In this document: in pieces, positions 12,679 to 25,661 of the stretch
How the letters are laid out: each line of letters opens with the position of its first letter
How positions within the stretch are numbered: position 1 is the first letter of the stretch
Source: Chrysomallon squamiferum
Taxonomy: Eukaryota > Animalia > Mollusca
DNA: 64,000 bases
Assembly (NCBI GenBank): GCA_012295275.1
Contig: CM022665.1
Span: forward strand, 24,490,001 to 24,554,000
Direction of reading: 5' to 3'
Made by a program: the position numbers and the translations under genes
The notes under the pieces: generated by a model
Told to the model about the DNA's origin: nothing
What the model saw: the letters and a program-made list of their open reading frames with translations, nothing else
Database searches by the model: none

Positions 12679-15479
12679 ACTCCTTTGGTATTATTTAGTT
12701 TTATTTAGCAAAAATATAATTCTCTTAAAGTTTATTTTCATCTTCTGAAACTTAATATTATTGAAATATTAAGTTAAGGAGTTAATCAATAAAATGTTTT
12801 AACACATTTAATAAATAAAATATAAAAAAACAATGACAAAAAAATAATAATAAAAAAGCATTCCACAAAAGGAAAATTTGAAGTTTTCAATAATAAAATT
12901 TTAAAAAATAAATCAATTTATTTTTTATAAAAGTAGTCAATGAAAAAAAAAGATAGTAATAAGCTGCTCCAACAAACAAGCACACTTTTTAAAGGCTTTT
13001 ATTTTTTAATTTTGATAAAATCAAATCAAATCTGCAACATGTTATTTTAAAAGTAAGGCTGTGATAATGATGTAAATTTAACAAAGGGCAAAAAGGAAAA
13101 GAAATCATGATGGCTTGAGAAATTTCAAAACACTGCACAAAAAAAGGTAAAATGAAAATGTATCTTGTCACTTTCTTTTATGAAGTAGCTAAACAAGGAT
13201 ATTCAACCACATAAAAGATGAGGGCTGATTGAGGTTGGGAATGTAACAAACAAACAAATGAATAAAAATAATAACTGAAAACAGTGTTCATGTATTTTGA
13301 TTTATTTTTCTTTGTTATGGTTTTTAGTTACTTTCTATTTTGTTATTTTCTTTGCCATTATTTTAACATTATGAAAATGTTTCTCTAGTATGTTATTTAA
13401 AATTCAAAATATAATAATTGTAAATAAAACTTGGAACTAAACATCCATTATTTGTTGACAATTCATTTCAAAATTGCAGTTAAAGGAAAAACAGTTTATT
13501 GTAATGTTTTAAATAAAGAGAGTAACACACAGGAATTTTGTGGTGTTTTTTTTTTTTATTGTTTTTGCAGCATTTTTCAGTGAAAGAATTTATCTTTAAC
13601 AAGCAGAATACATGGTTTTGTATGGTGGATTCTGTGTGTGTTTTCATTTTCTGTAAACTTAACAAATGAAAATCTAAAACCTGTGTGCACAAATTGGGGT
13701 GAAAATTGTGAAACAGCAATGAAACATCACTCGGAATGGGAACTTATCATTCAATGGACAAAACTCAGGCTTCATGCAGCCAACTTACTCCGAGTAGAAC
13801 TTTTGGGCTTCCAAAGCCCTTCTGAATTCTTTATGTGAAATCCAGCCATCTTTATTTGTATCAAATTCCTACAGTAAAATAACAATGTAATACAATGTAG
13901 AAATATACATCTGACAGAAGAATATGTACAGGTATGAGCTAAAGGTATCACAAACCTGGAATATGCTTTTTGGCTGTCCATGGCCTTTCGAAATTCTTTA
14001 GAAGAAATGTAGCCATCTTTGTTGGTATCAAACTCCTTTTTGAATGCATTAATACAAGAAATTCAGATGAAGATTACAGTACTTAAAAATGATTAAATAT
14101 GTAAAATAAAAATGTTAAATAAAAATGCACAAAAAAAAAAGTCAAAATAAGATATAACACAAATTTGTGTCTGTATAAACATTAATGAAATTTTTATCAC
14201 CTTTGAAAATAATGTTTTTAAATATGCACAGTAAATGAGAAAGTGTGAAATAGCACCTCTTTATCTAAACAGTGTTTTTATGTGTATTTTTGGATGAAAA
14301 CAGCAGAATATTCACTCATGGAAATATGTAAGAAAACAAACTATTTACCAAGAAAGCTTCAGATGTTGTGAGATCCTTCATTTTCAAGAATATGTCAAAG
14401 AACTTCAAAATCATCTGCAACGAGAATATTTAACATTCTTGAATAAAAGCTTTATAGAAGGAAATGAGGTATATTATATTTTACCTAACAATTTAAAGTG
14501 ATATATTGCAAACACATTTTGCATAATAAATTGCTGAAAATCCAAATTAATTTGACTTAAAAAATTTGTAGAAACAATAATTATATCTGTATATAATTTT
14601 GTTTCTAGAAGAATAAGATATAAACAAAAACAAAAAGTAGTTAAATTTACACCCTTAATTTTTATGATCCATCCATGTAATAATTTGTATAATGTATAGC
14701 ATGAGCATGTATTATATTTAACCATGGTTAAAATTCTAAAATCATATCAAGCTGGTAAATTATTAAAGCAAAAAGATAAAACAATTTGTTTTAAAGAAAC
14801 TGAATGAAAAATATATTAATTGTACCTCAACATTACTGGCAGATTCTACCAAAGTATCCACCATCTGTTTTCCAATTGGTCCATTCATCACATTACCTGA
14901 AGATAGTAAAGGACATAAACGTAAGTTATTTTATTAAATATATAAATCTAATCAAGTCCTATAAAAATGTGTACACCTTGTGTTATAATTATATTTCTGT
15001 TATCCATTGAAAATAATAAATTCCAATTTCATTAAAAAAAAAAAAATAATAATAATTCCGAATAAATACTGTGTTTACCTGAAAAAGAACAAAGATAAGA
15101 AACCATGAAAAATATGATATAAAAAAACCCTCAATATCTTAGAAATTAAATATCTCAAGATATTTAAAATTTCAGATAAATATAATTATAACTGACAAGA
15201 AATTAAATTTTTTTGCTAAGCCAGAAATATATATCAAAAGCATATGAAGTTATATCATGTCTAATGTAAAAACCTTGAAAGGAATATTAATATTTTTAAT
15301 GCAAATAAAAAATAATGTCTCTGTCCTGCTCACCTTCCAGCATTGAAAGCAGCATAATCATCATGTCTTTCTGAAGTTTCATGAACTCACGCAACAGGTC
15401 CAGCTGTTCAGGGTCCTGTTAATACCAAAAAATTAAATTATAAATTCTTTTTTTAAACTGAATGAGGAATAAACTATAT

Positions 15480-15510
<31 letters not shown>

Positions 15511-18500
15511 GATGATGATGATGATGATGATAATGATAAGAGCAACAACAACAATAATAACAATAACAACAGAAACAACAGTAACAATAATAATAATAAA
15601 AAATAAATAAAAATAATGATAATAATAATAAAAAAAAAAAAAAAATTCAAAATTGCAAATGGTGATAAATTGTTTTCAATTTTACCTTGGAAAGTTTGTC
15701 CTGCATGTGCGCAAATATATAGAAAAATCCACCAACAGCATCCCACAGTCGGCTGTGTGCCAGAGCCAGCTGGTTCAAGGAACAAGGACCCTAAAAAACA
15801 AATATGTAAATCCACTTAATAATTACAGATAATTATCATTTAAAGTTATTTATTTTATTATTTATTCTTATTTCTTCCCATCTTAAAAAACAACAACATC
15901 CAAACAAAAACATTTTAAACTTGAAAAATTAATGAATTTTATAAATAATTTTATAACTGTGGTATTATTGGGTTTTTAAAAAAAGAGTATCAAGGTATTT
16001 ATTATTTTATTATTTATATATATTTTTTTAAACATATAATACAAAAAATACATTTATTTACATATTTATTTTTCATAAATGGACACATGTTCATAAATAA
16101 TTTTAGGCTGTACAACTCAAGAAGTTCTGCGAAAAAGCTTATTGAAAAAACAATTCTGAATTAGTTTATATTCTCATGTGAATTTGAAAATAAAGCTAAA
16201 TACAGTTCAAGAAAAGTTTAAATAGCTGAATCATTATGGTCTTCAGTGTAACTGCCAAAGCCCAAACTTTTACTCCATTTACAGTCTTTGATATAAATTC
16301 CAAATCCCAAGACTCATTCCATTCACACATTCTGATATACTGATGTCAATTACCTGGATATATTCAGACAATGTGTTGAACACCTGTGATGCCACTTTGA
16401 TGGCCTTACAGAAATTGTCTTTGCCAGCAGTGTCAATGATATCTTTGCCTGAGTAGTGCCAGTAGAAATCCATTATAGATTCCTGTAAAGGTTTATAATC
16501 AAAAGTAAAATAAAGCTGTTGTTTTAAAAGTGACTGTATCTGCTAAAAGATTTATTCTGTAATTGATACTTAAATTTTAATATTTCAGTTGCTTAACATT
16601 AAATGTGTATTCATATATTTATAAAACTTGATTGATTTAATTATGATCAATAAAAATCCATCTAAAATTTCATATACAGTTAAAATTAAAATTATTTGTA
16701 GACTGTTTGGAACAAAAAGATTTGGAGAACTCAACATCTGAGTGACTATTTCGAGGTTTTTATATTTATTTTTTCACTTTTATTTATTTATTTCATTTTT
16801 TATTATTATTATTATTATTATTATTTTTTTTTTTTTTTTTTCTGATAAAATTCAAGAAGGATCTTGTCAGTGTAGTAAATAAATAAAAATAAAACCTTGG
16901 ACAGCTTGAAAAGAAAATAATCACTAAAGGAAAATGTTGTACATTAATTTTATTAACAGAAAACATTATAAAGTGTTTTATTATAAATGAAAATATAATA
17001 ATAATCATAATATTACCTGAAGTCTAAGGACATAGTCTACTGTACAGATGATGATGTTCACTGTGGTTGTGTTACCAGCCTGTGTTCTGAGGTAGTTTTG
17101 AAATTCTGGCGGAAAATAAATTGAAAAAAAGAAGAATATTGAATATGAAAATAATTTTAATATTGGTCATGTTTGCTTTAGCTTAAACTTTTCTCAAAAG
17201 AATTTAAGAAAATTCTAATATTATTGTGTTGATGGAAAATAGTGTATTCTCAATCCTTTTTTTTTTTAAATCTATAAAATTATTAGTAAAAATTGAAGAA
17301 TAAACAATAGTACAAATATTAAGAAAAACAATAGTGCTGATAATGGTGATGGTTACAATAAAATGATAAAAATTCATTTTCTTAGCATCAGTTGTCTGTA
17401 TGCAGCAATAATGTAAAAAGTAAAAAACAGAAACAGGCTGACAAAGAATATTTTTAAAATCTAACCTAGATTGTGACCCTCACACAACAGTTGTAGGAAT
17501 CTGAACAGTTTACAGGTGAACTCAGTCTTGTCCTCCTCATTAGTGTCAGCACTCATACCCAAACCTTCTGCCTTGTTGGTTCTCTCAAAAGCATCCAAAT
17601 CCAATACACTGCAACCAAAATTAATAATTAAACTATAGTCAAAAATAAAAATTTAAGAAACAAATAACAAAAGCAAAAATATATTGCTTATTTTACGACT
17701 TTTTAAAAATGTATCACATTTTGCAATTAAAAACAATATTAGCAGTGCCTGAAAAAAAGAAAAAAGAAAAAAAAATTCTGTTGTAAGTAACAGATCATGT
17801 ACATAAAAAAAAAAATTCTGTTTAAAAGAATCAGTGTTTACAAAGCCAATGATTCACAACAGATTACAAACCTGCACTGCTGCATCAGACCGGCCACTGA
17901 TGTGAAAAACCCTACATCTTTCTTATCCTTGAGATGCTGCAACATTTTCTTGAAGAAAAAAAAAGAAAGAATAAACATATAAATTAAAGACGCTACTGGC
18001 AATAACGATGAGGATTATTTTTGCTCATTTCTGTCAGAAATCTGTTCACACATGCATCTTATGCCATAACCTCTGACAGGACAGGATGGTTTTCATTTTA
18101 TTTTGACCTTACACTGTAAAATGGCCAATTAATTAAATGAATTAAATTAATTCCAACTCAATGATGAAAAGTGAGAAATGATCAACCATGGTTGTACTTT
18201 GTAAAATCTAGTCAGCACTTACTTTCTGAACATCAACATTGCCTCCTCTTAGTAAAGATATTCCTAAGTCAATAGTGTTCATAACCATAGGACCGTGTTC
18301 TCCTGAAAAAATGTATTAAAATTGTTTCTAATACATTCAGCAATCCATTTTTATTTTATACAAATATATAATATTCATTTACTTTTAGTGAATTAAAACC
18401 GTTATAGTCACTAACCTCTGCTGGCTCCCATGTAGAGCAGAACCATCTCAGCAGCTCCTCTGTCTGCCAGTCTTGACTGTTCAAACAGAAGTTGTTGTTT

Positions 18501-21500
18501 CTCCATCTCTTGTTCCTTTAAACACATATGCAAAATGAAGTATTAAAATAGAAATATCTTCCATATATACTTATCAAGGATTTAAAATGTATGTATTGCT
18601 GAAAAGAATCCAGAAAACTGTTTTCATTAAAAAAAAATAATAATTTAAATTAATTACACAACATTAAAATTTAAATCATAAGCATAAAGGAAGTGAAAGG
18701 TATGAAGATTCAGAATGTTATTATTTCAAACAAATTGAAATGAGTAATTATATGAGTAATTATATTTCATGAATCAGTTCAGTTTGCAATGGCAATTCAG
18801 TACATGTATATGTTTTAAAGGAATTTTTTATTTTTTATTTGTTAATTTTTTTTTTTTTTTTTACCTTCCAGAATAAATTATTTTACACACAGAACAAAGA
18901 TGGAACACATTGAAGGGTTTCATAAAATTAATAGCAGAGACTGTCCAATAAACAGTAGGGAAATATCTCATAAACAGTAAGGACTTTTCAGTAAACAGCA
19001 GGGATAGCCTAATACACATCAGGGACTATCCAATAAAAAACAAGGTTAGACCAAGACACATCAGGGATTACCATGAATAACAGGGATAGCCCAATGCCAA
19101 TACAGTAATCAGCAGGAACTGCCATATAAACAGCAGAAATTTTCCAGTAAGCAAAAGGGGAAGATCCCACAAATAGCAATGATTACCGCTACAAATACCA
19201 GGCAACATGGATCATAAATTTTTTAATGATCCTTTAAACACATAAGTTAAAGACAATAATAAAACATCCGAAATGAATTTTTAAAATTATTTATAATATA
19301 GACAAATAACAACCTTATGCAAACCATTTGTAAAGCACTAATTTACAATTAAATCAAACAATTTGACAAAATGAAACTGCAGAGCTTTGGTTTTAAACAT
19401 AAATAAATACAGCATTCCATACAGTGCAAAATGTCTCATTTTATAAGTGCTGTTTATTAATATCTACAAATTATTTCTACTTAATGAGCTATGTGGTTTC
19501 CCTGTAGTTGTATAGAAACTTTAAAAAAAAAAATCTAATCACTGATTACTGATTATAAACGAACCCACAAAATAATTTTACATAACAATATAATCTGTTT
19601 AAATTAGTAAATGTAACTGTGTTTTGATAATAAAGAGTGTAATCATACTTTTGTACATGCAATACTACCTAATCTTCTCTGAGATATTTAGTTTTGCTTC
19701 TTTTGGAAGACAAAAGAACAAGTGGTTGAAATTTTTTCATTTATTATTTTTATTTTCCTATTGTTTGTTCAATCAGAGTATAATTATTTTGCCAATAAAA
19801 TTTAAAGTTCTTTGAAACAAGTGTAATAATCTTTAAAGACAAAACTCAGAAACACAAATCAATTTCTTTTAAAGCTAATTTATAATATCAAATATCCATT
19901 TTTACATAATGGAATCACAATCTGTTACCTTTTTCTCTTTTAACAAACCCATTATTTTGCAATCCTACACATTAGCTGATCAAACTGCATAATAACAGGT
20001 ATTCGCTGCAGTATGAAATTATTAATTCTGATTTTCATTTCAAATTATTATTTCTTTCTTCTTTTTTTTTTCTCACAAACGTTTTATATATTTAAGAATT
20101 GAAAATTCTACAACTATGCTACGTGTGGACATTATAAACTAATGACTACAGCTACAACATGATGTACGCAGACATTTGTCCATCACAGAGTACACAATGT
20201 CTACCTTTAGAATATCCAGTTTGATCTGAGAGTTGCAATATGTTAAACAAATAAAAAGACATAATACAAAAATCATATGAGAAATAAGTGTTTAACTGAT
20301 ATTTGAATACCTTAAATTGTCAAATAAATAAGATATTGTATTATGCTAAAAAAACAAAACATCAATTAATAGAAGTTTGAAATTATGATGTGATGTCAAT
20401 ATATCTCATAAAATAAACAGAAAATGCATTCTTAAAAGGCTTAAATAATAATATTTTTAAAAATCTAAAACAATAAATATATACAAAAAAATTTAGTATC
20501 TACCTGATGAGATGAAAATAAAAATTTAAATAATGGTTTATTGTAAAAGACTATTAAAGACTGCCATTTGACAGTGTTCAAAAATTATATATCAAGCCAT
20601 AGCAATTTCTAATAACTAACACTAGAATTCAATTATAATATAGACACATTGCTAAACCTTCTGATGTTTCAAGTGGATGACTCAATTGTTATTTGATTAT
20701 GATTTGAAACATTAATTTTTTTTCTCTAACTAATCTAGTATATAATAGCATCTTTAAAAAAATCTCTCTTTTTTTTTTTTTACTTTGGATTTAGAACATT
20801 TACATAATACTCTTTATCAAACACTTTTGAGTTTTATTTATTTATCATCATTTTTTTTTAATTGTTTCTTCATTTTATTTTTTGTCTAGTTATAATTTAT
20901 TTTTATACAAACAACTGTTGTGATTAAAGCACAGATAAATATTTTGAGTGATTATATGCAGGAAAGCAGGTTGCAGCTTACATAAAGTCTACATTTCATT
21001 AAGCACATCTAAAAACAGATTTATGTGAAATATTTACAAATGATCAAAAAATGATAAAATATATTTGAAGTAGTTAGTAAGAAGAGAAACACCAATTACA
21101 AAAGCTTATTAAAAAGACATTTAATTTCTTTACTTACCTCAAATGATGGGCCGGGACCTTCTTCATCACCACCATCATCATCATCCTCTTCATCCTCACC
21201 ACTACAGCTCTGAAAGATTAACATAAAACAAAATAAAAAAATTTCTTGCAGTGATAATGTATGTAATTAAACAATTTGTTAACAGTTTATTTATACTGTT
21301 TATCAACTTATAAATATGATCAGCAAATAATTAAAATGTTACGGTTGACAAACTTCACATTTACTACAAATGCACATGTTCTCATTTTATATAACTGTAG
21401 TTTATTGTTTCAGGTCAGTGCTAACCTTGCTCATAATGCCAGCATAAGCCATATACAGTGAATCTTCAGGTAGACTGCTTGTTTGTTCTTTGGTTGCTGC

Positions 21501-22517
21501 TCGGCTCAGAGCTGTGATGAGCTGTGTCAGAGAGTCTGGTTTTACTTCCTCCTCCACATCCTTCTTTTCTACTTCTTCTTCTTTCTCATCAGAACGCTAT
21601 AAGAGTAAATAAATATGCATTCTGAGTAAAGGAAAATTAAAGCAAGCAATAAAGCCACATTCCATATTGTGGATAAATGAAAAGTGAAGACAAGTAACTA
21701 AATCAAGGTGCTCTAACAGTAAATGTATAATGTTGGCAATCTATAGAAAAATTACTGAAGGAATTTGGAACTGTTCTTCTTGAAATATATTTTAAAATAT
21801 GTACTTCAATAAATGATCTGTTTCTGTAATATTTTTTTATAAAAATCTGTCATTTGGAAAGTGTCTGCATATGCATATAGTTTGTGGTAGACCATGTCAT
21901 GTACTTACAGTCAGGTCCTCAATAAGGATGTTTTTGTCTGGTTCCTCTGTCTGCAGCCACTGTTCTTTGTAGTGTTTCAGGAACAAATTGATTGCTCGGT
22001 GCCTGAAAAACAATGCACAACAATTCAATGTATGGTTTTTATCATAACTATTTCTTTGTTTTACCAATCCATTACAGCTGAGTGTGTATCTTTCTGTCAA
22101 TATTTTGTGTATCTTTGGGTCTAAATATTGCCTAGGGGTTTACAAACAAGCTGACTTTTAAAAATAAAATTGAAGTGAATATAATCACACAGACATGAAG
22201 TATTTAAGGCTGATCTCTGTGGAAATTAACAGACTGTTTGTTAAATTACCTGGGTAAGCTGTACAGAGGAATCATTCTGAAACATGCCATTACAGCTCTC
22301 TTTCTTTGTGATGAAATTACTTTCTTCCAAGCACCTTTAGCTATAGCCTGTGGATGCTCAACCTATTTGGAGGAAAATATATTAAAACAAAAACAATAGC
22401 CAGAAGACTTTAGAGTACATAAGATAAATTCAAATGACAAAAATTAGAAAGGACACCAAGAAGAAGAAGAAGATATATATTACTGTTAACATATACAAAC
22501 AAAATAATGTATATAAA

Positions 22518-22548
<31 letters not shown>

Positions 22549-24155
22549 CACTAATTTACAAATCTTAAGCCAAATAATTATTAAAATATACAAGGAGATT
22601 TTTGTTATATAGAATATTTTTTTTAATAAATATGGATTTTAAAAATGATCTTACTTTTGACATTAGTGATTCATATCAACAGATAAGTATTATTATTTAA
22701 CACGTGAACATAATCCAAAATTCTTAACTTTTTTGCTTGGTGTATACAAAACAATTAGGACAAACTTCTAAGATTAACTAAATATCAGACTAACCAAATG
22801 AAGTCCATGCATGACTTTTGCCATGGAGATGATACGATCAATGATTTTGCTCTGACTAAGCTGACTCTGGCCAGCCATTTTGGTGTCTCCAATTTTGCGA
22901 TATAAAACTTTCTGCCACTGTGTCGCTTCATCAGTGACCTGGGTAAATAAAACAGAAATTATATAATATTTTAAATTGAAGTATTATACAAATTTTCTTT
23001 CATAGTTCATATAAAGTATTTATTAAATCAATTTCAAATTTGAATTAAAAATGTTTTACCGAAATACATTATCTAAATGAAATCATGAAGTGTTTCACAA
23101 ATAAATCTTTAGGATAAATGTATAAAAACTATTATATAATTTATTTATTTATTAATTATTTTCCTAATTATTTCTGTGCATAATAGTAATAATTACATAT
23201 TTTATTATACGTAAATATTAGCATTATAAACCTATAAAATAATAGTAATAATAATAACAATAACAATAAAATAATAATAATAAATAAATATAATAAATAA
23301 AAAAAATAAATAAATAAATAAAATAATAATATTAAGAAGAACAAGAACAAGAACAAAAAACAACTGAAAACAGTAAAAATTAATGATCAAACTGACCTGT
23401 TCCATCATCTCCAAACTTTGCAGAAGAAATTCTTCAATGTCTCCCTCCGGCTCCTTCTAAGGCAATAAAAAATTAGAAAAAAGGCCAAGATGAAGAACAC
23501 CATGCAAACATTGCACACCATGCACTAACACTGGTTAGGCATTCTGCTGGTGTCAACCCACACATAGTCATTGTTTAATTAATCATCAGTAATTTATAAT
23601 ATGGAAAAACAATAAGGGAAACAACAGAAAATACTTCAGGTAATGTATTTGTAAAAGATAAAGTAAGAAACGATAGTAAAAGTTAACAGTGGAAATAAAT
23701 GAAGAAAAATAGAGGGAAAGAATGAGAATGAGAAATGTGTGAGAGAAAGGAAAAGTTGAGTTCACAGAAAAGAAAATCTTGACCTAATGGGAAGTTATGT
23801 AATAGAAATGATAAATTCATGTAAAAAAAAATTAAAATTCTGATAAGAAAGAAAAAAAAGATCATTTAGAGAATAGAAATGAAATATAAAATATCAGAAA
23901 TAATAATTGTAAATAAAAACATTTCAGATAACCAAAATGAGAATATATGCAACAGAAATTAAAAACAAAACAAATAAAGAAACCAAAATTACATACAGAA
24001 ATAAATGTTGAAATAACAGAAATAACTAAACTGAAAATTTTGTACAATCAGATTATAAAATTTAATTTCAAATGAAAGATTTAGATTAAGAAAAAGAAAA
24101 AAAAAGAAAAGAAAATGAAATTTCAATAAAATAAAATAATAATAATAATAATATA

Positions 24156-24212
<57 letters not shown>

Positions 24213-25628
24213 CAACAAATAAATTACTTAATTAATTATTAATAATTTAAAAAATAGGTAACAAATTTGATAAAGAAAAAATTCATACAATGTAAAATGA
24301 CATAAGAATAATAATGAAAAAAATAGTCATAAATAAAAAGAACAGTAATTATGTATATAATATAAAAAATTAAAATTAAAATAATTTAGAAAGACAAAAT
24401 AAAAATGGAAAATCTGAGGAATTTTAAAATAAAAATGAAAACCAAATTGAAAATGAAAAGAATAAAAAAATTAAAATTTATATTTCTTTCTAAGTAAAAG
24501 AAAAAAAAAAGAAAGAAGGGAAATAGAAAAGAAACAACAATAAAATATGATATTAAAGTTCAGTATTATTAAATCCATAATTATTATGGTGCAGATATTA
24601 CAGTTTTCATAATCCTAAATATGTGCATAATAGATGAATAAATTTTGTTTCAATACATATTTTATTATGTATTTTTTATACGAGGGAAAACAAAAATGTT
24701 GGACATGCTCACAGTCCACATCAATGTTTAAATGAATCACACACTGTAATTGCAAGCAAAGTGCTTCAAATGGTTTCATGTGGGCACAGTAAAAACAAAT
24801 TAAAATAATCATACATGTGCAAAAATGCATGACTGTGATCAGATCCATTACACATATCCATACACAAGAACAAAATAAAATTTAAAATGCAGGACAGATA
24901 ACAGATGGGGCAAACCTCAAGAACAAAATAATTTATTCTTTAAATTATGTTTTTTTTATATAAGTTATTATTAATAATGATACTAATTTTAAATTAGTTA
25001 AATAACTTTTTAAACATTATGGGCATTACTTAATAGAACAAGATTTGTTACCTGTCCTAATTTTTTAATTTATAAATTTTGCTATTGCAAGTAAACAGAA
25101 TACATCTGTATAAGTATATAAATTAAACTTAATTCACAATAAAATTCACAATATCTTTTCTTGACCTATTAATATTAATCTAAAATTTGATTTTCACTGT
25201 TTTTGCTGTATCTCTGAATTTTTCTTATTCAACTGCCTATTTAATCTTCAACATACCTGAATCAATTTTTGCTTAGCCTGTTGCAACAACTCTTGCTCTC
25301 TGCCAGTGAAGAAAGACAAACCAACAGGAACCAGTCTCTTCAGACAAGCAACATTCAGACTGTTGTGTGGCTCCAAGCGAGTCTTCCGTTCTCGTTTCTT
25401 TGATCCAACATGGCGTTTAGAGCTTGTGCCACCATCCTGGTTTGGCTCCATCTTGGATATAGCCAGGTGCTTTGACTGACTGGGCATAATCAATGCCATG
25501 TTGTCCACCTCATTGTGTGCTACAAAGTTCTGTTCTTCTCTCATGAACATCTGAAAAAACCATTATGTGAAGTTATGAATTTGTATGTAATGTATGTAAA
25601 CAAAGACAAGTGTGCATATTTGTATTAA

Positions 25629-25661
<33 letters not shown>

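Noticed and set aside
11954-13620. Possible third EF-hand exon copy or microexon in the 1.8-kb intron
   Set aside because: No DxNxDG-like coding segment; AG..GT candidates near 13208-13224 are not multiples of 3
15483-15819. Poly-Leu/Ile ORFs here and similar ones at 23168-23414, 34554-34793, 38972-39202 and 55768-56007
   Set aside because: Translations of AAT/GAT/GA microsatellites and T-rich intron, not proteins
18933-19190. CRISPR-like or coding interpretation of the periodic repeat
   Set aside because: Eukaryotic intron, no constant repeat/unique spacer structure, and unit-length variation breaks any frame
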